Source of the DNA: Candidatus Multivoradales bacterium
GTDB taxonomy: Bacteria > Acidobacteriota > Thermoanaerobaculia > Multivoradales > Multivoraceae
Assembly (NCBI GenBank): GCA_965223325.1
Contig: CBDCWI010000002.1
Location: forward strand, 320,001 to 384,000
Length of the DNA stretch: 64,000 bases
Direction of reading: 5' to 3'
Shown: in pieces, positions 18,625-28,138 of the stretch
Layout of the letters: each line of letters opens with the position of its first letter
Numbering within the stretch: the stretch's first letter is position 1
Translations under genes and position numbers: made by a program
The notes under the pieces: model-generated
What the model was told of the DNA's origin: nothing
The model's database searches: none
The model's input: only the letters and a program-made list of their open reading frames with translations

Positions 18625-19775
18625 AGAGCGCTGGGCGCGTCAGGCTCTTGCTCCCTTGGTCAGCCGCCGTGGGGAGCAGGGCCCAAGGGAGTCGTGCCAA
18701 AGGCGCTTGGGCCGATGCACTCGACCGCCTGCTGATCGCAGCCCGGCTCAGAACGCTCCTGGCAACGGGCAGCGGCAACCCCGAGACAGCCATTGCGCTC
18801 GAGATCGTCATGGTGGTCGACGATCCCGAAGGCGAGGGCTCAAGGGCCAGCGAGCAAACGGCGCTCGACCTTGCGACCCAGGTCCGCCAGGAGACGCACG
18901 TCGACGTCGACCGCATCGAGTGCCTCCTGTTCGAAGAACCCTCACGGGAACACGCAACCGGCTACTCACCCCGGCGCTGGGCGGCGGCGCTCGATCTTCG
19001 TCAGTCGTCGCCAGGCGAGCGCGTCACCGACTGGCTCCTGGCTGGCGACGACTACCAGAGCGCCGAGCTTGTCGGGCTGCTTGCGGCGCAGCTCGGTGGC
19101 GCCGCGTTGACCAACGTCGAAGGTTTCCAACCGGGCCACGGGGGCGAGGTTCTCCTCCAGCGGCGTGAGTACCAGGGGAAGCTCCTCGGCACCTACGCGG
19201 TGCCGGCGATGAGCCAACTGGTGTTGACCGTACGCTCTGGAGCGACCGTTGAGACCAGCGATGACGACGCTCTCGGTTCCCATGACGACCTTCCAGCAGC
19301 TGAAGTCGTCGTCACCTCCGTCGAGGCCTCTGTCGCAGATCGCCAGGTGCTGGCGACCGAGAAGCCTGACAGCGAGTCCATTGACCTCGGACATGCGCAG
19401 CGGCTGGTGTCTGCGGGCCGCGGCGTCGGCAGCGCCGAAGGCATCGCACCCCTGAGAGAACTCGCCGCGCGCCTCGATGCCACGCTCTCGGCCAGCCGGC
19501 CGGTTGTCGACGCCGGCTGGCTCGAGCGCCAGCGCCAGGTCGGCTCGAGCGGCCAAACCGTTTCACCAGAGCTCTACATCGCGGTTGGAATCTCCGGCTC
19601 GATCCAGCACCTGCAGGGCATGCAGGCTTCGAAGTGCATTGTGGCCATCAACGACGATCCCGAAGCGCCGATCTGGTCGGTGGCGCGTTACGGCATCTGC
19701 CGTGACCTGCACTCGGTTGTCCCGCAATGGGTGCGGTACCTCGACGAGGACGAGGACGAGGGCGAGGAGAACTGA
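18621..19775 (+). CDS. etfA: Electron transfer flavoprotein alpha subunit
   Basis: [58 protein letters not shown]. Confidence 0.93.
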   Translation: MKSAGRVRLLLPWSAAVGSRAQGSRAKGAWADALDRLLIAARLRTLLATGSGNPETAIALEIVMVVDDPEGEGSRASEQTALDLATQVRQETHVDVDRIECLLFEEPSREHATGYSPRRWAAALDLRQSSPGERVTDWLLAGDDYQSAELVGLLAAQLGGAALTNVEGFQPGHGGEVLLQRREYQGKLLGTYAVPAMSQLVLTVRSGATVETSDDDALGSHDDLPAAEVVVTSVEASVADRQVLATEKPDSESIDLGHAQRLVSAGRGVGSAEGIAPLRELAARLDATLSASRPVVDAGWLERQRQVGSSGQTVSPELYIAVGISGSIQHLQGMQASKCIVAINDDPEAPIWSVARYGICRDLHSVVPQWVRYLDEDEDEGEEN

Positions 19776-19784
19776 CGGGCCGGC

Positions 19785-20552
19785 CTACCGGTGTGCCCAA
19801 TGAAAGAGCGCGATCGAAGCGGCGACCACCGCATTGAGCGATTCGACCCCATCGGCGACCGGAATCGTGAGCCGCCTGGCGCAACGGTCCGCGAAGGCCG
19901 CCGACAGACCCGGACCCTCAGCCCCCACCACCAGCACCCCGCTGGCTGGCAGCTCGGCTTCGAAGAGGTTCTCGCCGGCAGCCGGGACGAGGGCCAACCA
20001 CTCATCCGGCAGCCCGTCGAGTTCCGGCTGTTCCAAACCCTGATGGGGCGAAAGCTGGCGCAGCGGAACGTCGAGCAGCGCACCCGCCGAGGCGCGCAAC
20101 GCCCGTGCATGACCGGGACTCGCACAGGTGCCGGAGAGAATCATCCCGGCTCCACAGCCGCGCACCGACCGTGCCAGCGCTCCCAGGTTGCCCGGGTCCT
20201 GGATGCCGTCGAGACACAGCCAGCGCGTCGGACCGGCCGCTCCCGCTCTGGAGTCACAGCGAGCGGTGACGACACCCAGGAGACCTCGGGGACTGTCGGC
20301 ATCGGCCAGTTCATCGAGGAGAGCCGGCTCGACGGTTGTGGCTTCGAGCGGGCAGCGCCCGAGCAACTCTCTATGCAGTTCCTGCGCTTCGGGGGTCGCG
20401 AGCAGGGTCTCGAAAGTGAGCCCCAGCTCGACGGCGCGCGCGATCAGGTGCGGCCCTTCGAGGAGCAGGCGCCCCGAGCGTCTTCCTTTACTCGTTCGGA
20501 GGCGACGAATATCCTTCAGCCGCGGGTTCATTCTGCTCGAGATCTGATGCAT
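19785..20552 (-). CDS. TrmH/SpoU family RNA methyltransferase
   Basis: ISSRMNPRLK, LLEGPHL, LDGIQDPGNLGALARS, VGAEGPGLS, VESLNAVVAASI. Confidence 0.92.
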   Translation of the reverse strand: MHQISSRMNPRLKDIRRLRTSKGRRSGRLLLEGPHLIARAVELGLTFETLLATPEAQELHRELLGRCPLEATTVEPALLDELADADSPRGLLGVVTARCDSRAGAAGPTRWLCLDGIQDPGNLGALARSVRGCGAGMILSGTCASPGHARALRASAGALLDVPLRQLSPHQGLEQPELDGLPDEWLALVPAAGENLFEAELPASGVLVVGAEGPGLSAAFADRCARRLTIPVADGVESLNAVVAASIALFHWAHR

Positions 20553-20555
20553 ACG

Positions 20556-21161
20556 ATGGGCTTTGGCCAGTTCTGGGAGACGTTTCAGTCGGGAGTCGAG
20601 ATCGCCGTTGGGGGAACCGATCCCGACAAGCTGCTCGGCGTGCGGGACGGTTTCCAACGCTACTTCCACGACGGTCTGAGACGACCGGTAGCGATTACGG
20701 TTCACCCGGAAGAAGAACCCGATGCGGGTACCGTCCTGCCGTTCAGTGACGAGGAGACCCTCGAGCTGGCGCGTGACCGAGCCCTCGAGCTCCGCGCCCG
20801 CACCGAAGGAGAGTACGCCTTCTACGCCTGCTCCGAAACGGGCCTGCACAGCCTACGCCTCGAGCAGGGCCTGCTGCACTTCGTGCGCACCTGGACGCAC
20901 GTCGTCGGACGGGCGGGGGAGGCCTCGGGCGCCAGTGGCTCCGTGCAGCTGCCCCACGCTGTGGTCGACGGCCTCGAAGAGACCGGCGATGTCTGGATGT
21001 CGGTGCCGGGAAAACGTCGCCGGGGAGGCATGACCGCGTCGCTGACCGGTGGCCTCGAGAGTCGCCGCCACGCGGTTGCACACTCGACCCTGTTGGCGAT
21101 CTCGACCCTGTTCTATGGGGTGGTCGAGAACCGTCCTCCGTCCCGTCGACCGGGCCTCTGA
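20556..21161 (+). CDS. DUF84/YjjX-like non-canonical purine NTP phosphatase (divergent)
   Basis: IAVGGTDPDKLLGV, PFSDEETLELARDRA, SETGL, GASGSVQLP, LTGGLESRR follow the YjjX pattern. Confidence 0.7.
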   Translation: MGFGQFWETFQSGVEIAVGGTDPDKLLGVRDGFQRYFHDGLRRPVAITVHPEEEPDAGTVLPFSDEETLELARDRALELRARTEGEYAFYACSETGLHSLRLEQGLLHFVRTWTHVVGRAGEASGASGSVQLPHAVVDGLEETGDVWMSVPGKRRRGGMTASLTGGLESRRHAVAHSTLLAISTLFYGVVENRPPSRRPGL

Positions 21162-21221
21162 AAAGGGCGGGTCGCAAGGCCTCGATGCAGCGACCCGAGG
21201 CGCGGGAACGGCCTGACGGTC

Positions 21222-21230
21222 TGCTACGAT
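21222..21230 (+). promoter_or_regulatory. Candidate extended -10 promoter element for metK
   Basis: TGCTACGAT (TGn + TAnnAT) ~60 bp upstream of the metK start. Confidence 0.35.
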
Positions 21231-21289
21231 CCGCGCGAATCAACCCCCGGCGGAACTCACCGGAGTCCTGAGGTCAAGGAAAGGTCTTC

Positions 21290-22429
21290 ATGGCAAAGAA
21301 CAGTTATCTCTTCACTTCCGAATCGGTCACCGAAGGCCACCCCGACAAGGTCGCCGACCAGATCTCGGATGCGGTTCTCGACGCTGTTCTCGAGCAGGAC
21401 CCGATGGGACGAGTCGCCTGCGAAACGCTGGTCAACACCGGTCTCGCCCTGATGGCGGGGGAGATCACCACCACCGCGCAGCTCGACTTCCCCGGCATCG
21501 CCCGTCGCATGATCCGCGAGATTGGCTACACCGACCCGATGTATCGCTTCGATGCCGACGGCTGCTCGGTGCAGTCAGCGATCGATCCGCAGTCGCCCGA
21601 CATTGCGATGGGCGTCGACACCGGCGGCGCAGGCGACCAGGGCTTGATGTTCGGCTATGCCTGCCGCGAGACCGACGAGCTCATGCCCATGCCGATCATG
21701 CAGGCCCACGCACTGAGCCACGGCCTGGCCCGTCTCCGCAAAGACGGCTCGATCGCCTGGCTGCGGCCGGACGGCAAGAGCCAGGTCACCGTCGAGTACG
21801 ACCTCGATGGCACGCCACGCCGCGTTCACACCGTCGTCGTCTCGACCCAGCACGACGAGGGTGTAACCCAGACGGAAATCAAGCAAACACTCGTTGACGA
21901 GCTCATCAAACCCACCCTTGGCAGCCACATCGACGACGACACGATCTTCCACGTCAATCCAACCGGCAACTTCGTCGTCGGTGGTCCGCATGGAGACAGC
22001 GGCCTCACCGGTCGCAAGATCATCGTCGATACCTACGGCGGAGTAGGCCACCACGGCGGCGGCGCCTTCTCGGGCAAGGACCCAACCAAGGTCGACCGCT
22101 CCGCCAGCTACATGGCGCGCTACGTCGCCAAGAACCTGATCGCTGGCCGCCTGGCCGAGAGGGTCGAGGTCCAACTCGCCTACGCGATTGGGGTGGTCGA
22201 GCCGGTTTCAGTGCACGTCGAAAGCGGCGGCACCGGCAAGATCTCCGATCGCGAGATCGAAGAGATCGTCAGCGACATCTTCCCGCTGAGCCCGGCGGGG
22301 ATCATCGAGCACCTCGATCTAAGAAAGCCGATCTACCGGCCGACCGCAGCCTACGGCCACTTCGGGCGCCCCGAGTTCTCGTGGGAGAACATCGACAAGG
22401 CCGAGAAACTCAGCACCTTCGCCGGCTAG
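21290..22429 (+). CDS. metK: S-adenosylmethionine synthetase
   Basis: [55 protein letters not shown]. Confidence 0.99.
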   Translation: MAKNSYLFTSESVTEGHPDKVADQISDAVLDAVLEQDPMGRVACETLVNTGLALMAGEITTTAQLDFPGIARRMIREIGYTDPMYRFDADGCSVQSAIDPQSPDIAMGVDTGGAGDQGLMFGYACRETDELMPMPIMQAHALSHGLARLRKDGSIAWLRPDGKSQVTVEYDLDGTPRRVHTVVVSTQHDEGVTQTEIKQTLVDELIKPTLGSHIDDDTIFHVNPTGNFVVGGPHGDSGLTGRKIIVDTYGGVGHHGGGAFSGKDPTKVDRSASYMARYVAKNLIAGRLAERVEVQLAYAIGVVEPVSVHVESGGTGKISDREIEEIVSDIFPLSPAGIIEHLDLRKPIYRPTAAYGHFGRPEFSWENIDKAEKLSTFAG

Positions 22430-22462
22430 ACTTCGCCGGCTAGGCTTTGTTGACTCCGTGCC

Positions 22463-24877
22463 TCAGGTTCGGACCCCGAGGAACAGGTAGAGGGAGAACG
22501 TGCTGAAGAGCACGTTCGGGCTCCACACCGCCACTGCCGGCGGCAACGCACCGGCTTCGCCAAGCGTGGTGAAGAAGGCGATGATGCCGTAGAAGGCAAT
22601 GCCAACGGCGAGGCTTATGCCAATGCCATAGAGGGCACCGCGCTTGCCGAGCCGGAAGGCAAAGGGCAGGGCAACCAGGGCCATGACGATGCAGACGATC
22701 GGCATGGCGATCTTGTTGTGCAACTCGACCTCGAGGTTGGGCACGTTCTCGCCAGCGGATCGAAGTTCCGCGACGTATTCGCGGAACTCACCGAGTGACA
22801 TGCGATCGGGGCTTTTGACCTGACTGTCGAAGAAGTCCGGCAGCTCGGGAATGTCGATCGGAGTCGCCTTGGTGATCTCAGTGAAAGCGCTCAACCGATC
22901 TTCTTTGTAGGTCCTCGCCCAGCCATCTTTCACGAACCACTTGCCGTCACGGTAGAGCGCCTGGCTAGCCCATAGGCGGCCGGTGGGCCGGTGGTTCTGA
23001 TCGAAGCGAAAGACCTGCAGGCGCTGTACGTAGAGCCGACGTGGGTCGTAGTGGCCGTAGTTGAAGATGAAGTTCTGCTCACCGTGCTCGGCGTGCAACC
23101 AGTTGCGGTCTGGCCGCCTGAACGAGCGCGTTGCGGTACGCCCCTTGATGACGTCCTCGTACTCGGCGACCTTGGTGTTGGTTACCGGAAGGACATAGGT
23201 CTGCAGAACAACCGAAAAGAGCGCCACCAGGAAGGAGAGAAAGAGAGCCGGCATGGCCAGGCGGTAGAGACTCATGCCGACTGCCTTGGCGGCGGTGATC
23301 TCGTTGCTGTAGGAGAGCACCGCGAACGTCGTGAGGGTGGTCAGCAACACGATGATCGGTGCCATCTGGTAGAAGATCTGGAGCGAAAAGTAGCGGTAGT
23401 AGGCAAAGACCACCCCGCCGGAGACGCCGTTTTCCATGACCTCGTCGACGAGCTCTGTGAAGTCGGCGATCACGTAGACCGCGAGCACTGCGGCGACAAC
23501 GGTAGCGAGGGTACGGCCGTAGAGCTTCATGATGTAGCGATCGAAGACGTTGGGGAAGCGCACCGTGAAGCGCGGGAACCGCACCAGGAAGTGGGTCGCG
23601 TCGCGTAGGCGGGGTCGCTGGCCGGCAATGCGCTCCGGCTTCTCGAGCGCGCCACGAGCCGCCCCGCCGTTCTCGCTCTTCTGTTTGGCCCTGCGAAACT
23701 GGCGCAGGCGCTGGCGCGCGAGGACGCGGGCCCAGAAGTGCTCTCGAATCCACCGATCGATGCCCGAGAGCATCAGACTCTGGTCGCGGTTCTTGCGCCA
23801 CAGCAGAAACGCTCCGGCGACCGCAAACAAGATGTTCGGCCCCCACATCGCGAGCCAGGGGCTGATGTTGCCCTGGGCGGCGTTCTCTTCGCCGTTCGAA
23901 AGCAGGACGTAGAACGCCAGGATGACGGCCACCGAGAGCACGAAGCCCGAGGACCGGCCGCCGCGCCGGTTGGAGAAGCCGAGCGGCAAACCGAACAAGC
24001 CGAAAACCAGACAGGCCGCTGGAATGGCGAAGCGCTTGTGAATCTCGACCCGGGCGAGCCGCTGGCGGTAGGCGCCGCCGTCTTGATCGACGACCACAGC
24101 GCGCAGTTCGTCGAGATTCATCGCTCGCAGGCTCTTCGACACACTGATGACGGAACGCCGATCCTCACGCAGCGGGAAGCGGCGCACGCGTTCGACAACC
24201 TGCTCGAGTTTCTCGGGCCGGTTCAAGTCGACCTTTTCGTGCCGCGAGTTGCGCAGCACCAGCTCGATCTCGCCGCTGTCACCGGTGCGCAGCTCACCCT
24301 GGTCTGCAGTGAGAACTTCGTTCTCGACCAGGGGCAGAGCGTCGGAGAGAAACATGCCCGACCACTTGCCGTCGGGAGTTTCACCGGTGAAGTAGAGGAT
24401 CTTGTCGTTGAGCTCGTGAAACACCCGCGGGTTGAGGTCTTGCACCAGGCCGGCAGAGCGGATCTCTTCCTGCATTTCGAGGAAGCGCACACTGGCGCGC
24501 GGCATCACATCGATGATCAGCCAACCGGTGAGCAGGGTGAGGATCGCCGAGAACAAAAGGAGCGGCCGATAGAGCCAGAACAGGCTCACCCCCGAAGCTC
24601 GCATCGCGATCAGTTCGCTATCCGCTGAAAGGCGACCGACGGCGATCAGCAGGCCGAACAGAAAGGCCATCGGAATCGTCAACACCAGAATGTTGGGAAG
24701 ATTCAGAGCGAGAAGCTCGAGCACCGTCCCCAGCGAGACCCCGGCATTCACGATCACCTTGGCGATGTCGTAGAGCGCATCCATCAGGAGGATGAAGGTG
24801 AAAACCACCAGCCCGAGCAGGAAGGGGCCGAGCGCCTCCCTGAAGACGTAGGCGTCGAGTTTGCGAATGAGGGGCAT
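22463..24877 (-). CDS. Fused LptF-LptG LPS export ABC transporter permease
   Basis: Two tandem YjgP/YjgQ halves (LDAYVFRE...SELIAMRASGVS; FDRYIMK...NEITAAKAVGMS) in one ~804-aa ORF; start ATG 24877. Confidence 0.9.
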   Translation of the reverse strand: MPLIRKLDAYVFREALGPFLLGLVVFTFILLMDALYDIAKVIVNAGVSLGTVLELLALNLPNILVLTIPMAFLFGLLIAVGRLSADSELIAMRASGVSLFWLYRPLLLFSAILTLLTGWLIIDVMPRASVRFLEMQEEIRSAGLVQDLNPRVFHELNDKILYFTGETPDGKWSGMFLSDALPLVENEVLTADQGELRTGDSGEIELVLRNSRHEKVDLNRPEKLEQVVERVRRFPLREDRRSVISVSKSLRAMNLDELRAVVVDQDGGAYRQRLARVEIHKRFAIPAACLVFGLFGLPLGFSNRRGGRSSGFVLSVAVILAFYVLLSNGEENAAQGNISPWLAMWGPNILFAVAGAFLLWRKNRDQSLMLSGIDRWIREHFWARVLARQRLRQFRRAKQKSENGGAARGALEKPERIAGQRPRLRDATHFLVRFPRFTVRFPNVFDRYIMKLYGRTLATVVAAVLAVYVIADFTELVDEVMENGVSGGVVFAYYRYFSLQIFYQMAPIIVLLTTLTTFAVLSYSNEITAAKAVGMSLYRLAMPALFLSFLVALFSVVLQTYVLPVTNTKVAEYEDVIKGRTATRSFRRPDRNWLHAEHGEQNFIFNYGHYDPRRLYVQRLQVFRFDQNHRPTGRLWASQALYRDGKWFVKDGWARTYKEDRLSAFTEITKATPIDIPELPDFFDSQVKSPDRMSLGEFREYVAELRSAGENVPNLEVELHNKIAMPIVCIVMALVALPFAFRLGKRGALYGIGISLAVGIAFYGIIAFFTTLGEAGALPPAVAVWSPNVLFSTFSLYLFLGVRT

Positions 24878-24966
24878 GGTCGGCTTGATTCTTACCCAAC
24901 GGGCTCGAGAGCATGAAACACCCTCTGGGGACCACGGCGCCATGACCTGCCGCGAAAGACCACACA

Positions 24967-24996
24967 GCCCGGCCGTGCTCGTTGAGCAGGCCGGGC
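24967..24996. terminator. GC-rich hairpin downstream of the TonB-dependent receptor (possible terminator)
   Basis: GCCCGGCC-G-TGCTC-GTT-GAGCA-GGCCGGGC; no strong U-tract. Confidence 0.35.
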
Positions 24997-25093
24997 CTCA
25001 GGGGGTGGGGGAGTGTCCCCGAAAGCGGACCGCCACGCTTCGCTAGCTCGGTGCGCTAGCTCTGTTCCGGCTCGGTGCAGCCCGATGCTTCAC

Positions 25094-27646
25094 TCAGTAA
25101 CGCAAGCGCAAGGTCGCACCGTAGGTGCGCGGCGCCTCGAGGAAGGCTGCGCGACTGCCAACCCGCAGAGGCGTGTTGAAGGTCACGTTCCTGGTCTGCT
25201 CATCGGTGATGTTGTCGCCCCAGAGCTCAACGTTCCAGGTGCCCGAGTAGCTACCCAGACCGAGGCGCAGATGTACCTTGGTGTTGGACTCCTGGATGTC
25301 GAACAAGAGGCCCGGCTGGGTGCTGGTGCGACGGTCGTCCTCGTAGCGGGCGTTGGCCGAAACGAAGTACGTGAACTTGTCGCTCACGAAATCGTTCCAG
25401 CCAGCACCGAAGGTCACGACGTTCTCGGGTGCGTTGGTAAACGGCGCACCGCAGAGCGAAGCAACCGAGGCAGGTGCCCCCAGGCCGCCGTCACAGTCAG
25501 CGGGATACTGCGACTCTGCGTAGATGTAGCCCAGCGACAACTCGAGCTCGTTGGTTGGTAGTGCGTTGAGCTCGAGCTCGAAGCCCTGACTCTCCGCGTT
25601 CGGAACGTTGAAGGTTATGAACTGGACGCCGGTGAACTCGAGCACCTGGAAGTCTTCGATGTCGTAGTCGAAGAGCGCCGCGTTCAAACGCACCCGCCGG
25701 TTGGCGAACTCAGACTTGAGACCCAGCTCGACAGCGTCGACTTTCTCGGAGCGGAAGCGCGGATCAGCGCCGCCAGCGGCGGCTGTCGAGTCGAGGTTGA
25801 ACCCGCCCGACTTGAATCCGTGGGTGTAGCTCCCGTAGAGGCTGGTTCCATCCGTCAGCGAGAAGACGGCCTTGCCGGTGTAGACCAGCTCGTCGTCTTC
25901 GAAGGTGTTGTCGAACGTCGCCGGTAGGATCAGGATGCCGGTGTCGGCCGGAGTCGCGAACGGGAAGCAGGCAAAGCCGGCGGAGAAGTTGCCAATCGTC
26001 GCGGCCACGACTTCGAGACCGGTGCCCGCCGCACCCGCCGCCAATCGACTGGCGTTCAACACGGTGTTGATGCACGCCGGGTTGGTGGCCTGGCCCTGGC
26101 TGAACCGACCGTCCTTGGTCTCGTCGACGTAGCGGAGGCCAACGACGAAGTCGAAGTTGTCGGTCACCCTCCAGGTGTTGTGGGTGAAGATCGACCACGA
26201 TTCACCTTCCTGCTCGAAGAGGTTCTGCGCAAAAGCGCCCGCCGAGTCGACGCCACCAGCAAAGGCCAGGGCCTGGTTATCGGCCCCGAGGATGTCCCCG
26301 AAGGTGCCACCGGTGGCCATCGGAACACCGGCCAGGAGGGGAGCGGCGCCGAGAACCGGAGCGAAGGCGAAGTTCCACAGCATGGCGTCCATGTTCTGCG
26401 TGTAGGCCGTGCCGAGACCAAGGCCGCCCTGTTCGACGATGGTCTCGTCTGAGTAGTAGCCTCCGAGCATCCAGCCGAACGAGTCGGTATCGCCGGCGAT
26501 GCGCAGCTCGTGAGTGCTGGTCTCGATCTCATCGAAGGAGACGAAACCACCGGCCACGGAGGGCTGCACTGAGAACACGTCCATATTGACGAAGTCAGTC
26601 TGCTGCACGCTGGTGGCCTTGAAGTCGCGGTAGGAACCGATGTAGGTCAGCGTGGCGTTGTCGGAAAGACCGACGTTGAGTTCGGCGGAGAGCCCGGTCT
26701 GGTCGAAGGGATTCTCGAACTGCTCGGCGTTCGAAACGCGATCTTCGAAGGCACCGAAGCCACTGCGCGAAACGCCTCCGTTAGCCGGCAGGCCGGCGGC
26801 AGCAAAGGAACCCAACGCCGCGCCGGCGGTCTCGTTGAGAATGACCGCGTCACAGCACTGCTCATCGGCGTCCGAGTAGTCGCCGATGATGCGCAGATCG
26901 GAGTTGTCGCTGAGCTGGAAAAGCAGCTGGCCACGCACGAGCACACGATCGCGGTTGCGACTCTCGGCGCCGGTTGTGCTTTCGAGGAAACCGTCGCGCT
27001 TGCGGTAGGCACCGGAGAGGCGATAGGCCGAGCTATCGGACATGCCACCGGAGACACCCGCCTGGACGTTGTAGGCATTGAAGTTACCCGCGGTGAGGTT
27101 GACGAAGGTCTTGGTGTCGCCAAAGGCAGGCTTCTTGGTGCGCAGGTTGAGCGCACCGGCCGAGACGTTGCGACCAAAGAGGGTGCCCTGGGGACCGCGC
27201 AGGACCTCGATCGCCTCGACGTCGAGCTGGTCGCCGAGGGCCACGCCGGGACGGCTCAGGTAGACACCGTCGAGAAAAACGCCAACCGAGCTCTCGAGAC
27301 CGATGTTGTTGCCCGTTGTGCCAACGCCGCGGATGCGCAGGGTGGAGCCTTGCGACTCGGTCTGCGAGGAGTTCATGTTGAAGCTCGGGGCGAGCAGCGG
27401 CAGATCACGGATGTCTTCGACGCCCGCGCGTTCGAGTTGCAGCTCGGTCACCGCGGTGACCGCGATGGGAACGTCTTGAATCGACTCCTCGCGCTTGGTG
27501 GCGGTGACCGTGACTTCCTCGAGGAAGATCGGCTCCTCCGTAGCGGTCTCCTGATCGGAGTCGTCTTGTTGCGCCGTAAGTGGGGCAGTGAGCAGCAGAA
27601 GCGGACAGGCAAGTGCAGCTAGCAGTGCTCGGTGAGATTTCGACAT
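25094..27646 (-). CDS. TonB-dependent outer-membrane receptor
   Basis: Signal peptide, TonB box EEVTVTA, plug motif IEVLRGPQGTLFGRN, GFKSGGFN, C-terminal PRTYGATLRLRY beta strand. Confidence 0.95.
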   Translation of the reverse strand: MSKSHRALLAALACPLLLLTAPLTAQQDDSDQETATEEPIFLEEVTVTATKREESIQDVPIAVTAVTELQLERAGVEDIRDLPLLAPSFNMNSSQTESQGSTLRIRGVGTTGNNIGLESSVGVFLDGVYLSRPGVALGDQLDVEAIEVLRGPQGTLFGRNVSAGALNLRTKKPAFGDTKTFVNLTAGNFNAYNVQAGVSGGMSDSSAYRLSGAYRKRDGFLESTTGAESRNRDRVLVRGQLLFQLSDNSDLRIIGDYSDADEQCCDAVILNETAGAALGSFAAAGLPANGGVSRSGFGAFEDRVSNAEQFENPFDQTGLSAELNVGLSDNATLTYIGSYRDFKATSVQQTDFVNMDVFSVQPSVAGGFVSFDEIETSTHELRIAGDTDSFGWMLGGYYSDETIVEQGGLGLGTAYTQNMDAMLWNFAFAPVLGAAPLLAGVPMATGGTFGDILGADNQALAFAGGVDSAGAFAQNLFEQEGESWSIFTHNTWRVTDNFDFVVGLRYVDETKDGRFSQGQATNPACINTVLNASRLAAGAAGTGLEVVAATIGNFSAGFACFPFATPADTGILILPATFDNTFEDDELVYTGKAVFSLTDGTSLYGSYTHGFKSGGFNLDSTAAAGGADPRFRSEKVDAVELGLKSEFANRRVRLNAALFDYDIEDFQVLEFTGVQFITFNVPNAESQGFELELNALPTNELELSLGYIYAESQYPADCDGGLGAPASVASLCGAPFTNAPENVVTFGAGWNDFVSDKFTYFVSANARYEDDRRTSTQPGLLFDIQESNTKVHLRLGLGSYSGTWNVELWGDNITDEQTRNVTFNTPLRVGSRAAFLEAPRTYGATLRLRY

Positions 27647-27865
27647 TCCGTTCTCTCCTTGGGTAACAAGGTTGATGCAGCTACAGGGCTAAGTCCCTGG
27701 GCGTACGCAAGGATAACGACTACCTGGCGCCCTCTGTATAGGTAGTTTGCGATCTTCCCACGCATCGAGGCACCGGTTGCGAGAATAGGCCGATCCGTCC
27801 CGCCGTAGTTTCCAGGAGCTCTAGAGGAAGAACCTTCGGAGTCGCAACAACCATGCGAGGAGACG

Positions 27866-28048
27866 ATGTCGATGGAAGTCCTGGAAAGGAGCGATGAACA
27901 CCCCAACTGCCCTCACTGCAAAACCAGTCTGACGCAGATCTGGTTTCGAGAACTCAAAACACTTCTAGGCAGGCGCTACATCTATTTCTGCCCCTCGTGT
28001 CGTGGAGTTCTGGGAATCACGCATCGCAAGGGCTTCTGGATGGGCTGA
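27866..28048 (+). CDS. Small zinc-ribbon protein
   Basis: GAGGAG RBS; CPHC...CPSC in 60 aa. Confidence 0.7.
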   Translation: MSMEVLERSDEHPNCPHCKTSLTQIWFRELKTLLGRRYIYFCPSCRGVLGITHRKGFWMG

Positions 28049-28138
28049 AGCACCCAGGTGAGCCCGCAAGAGCTCCGCTCGGTTCGCGATCAGATCTGGT
28101 TGATGAGACCTGTTGCCCCGCGGCTTGGCTCCGGCGCG

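Noticed and set aside
17830-19775. etfBA as part of a fix/acyl-CoA dehydrogenase module
   Set aside because: No fixC/fixX, ETF-QO or dehydrogenase adjacent; treated as an ordinary stand-alone pair
21162-21289. SAM riboswitch upstream of metK
   Set aside because: Short leader without SAM-I/II consensus; only a generic hairpin and a -10-like element
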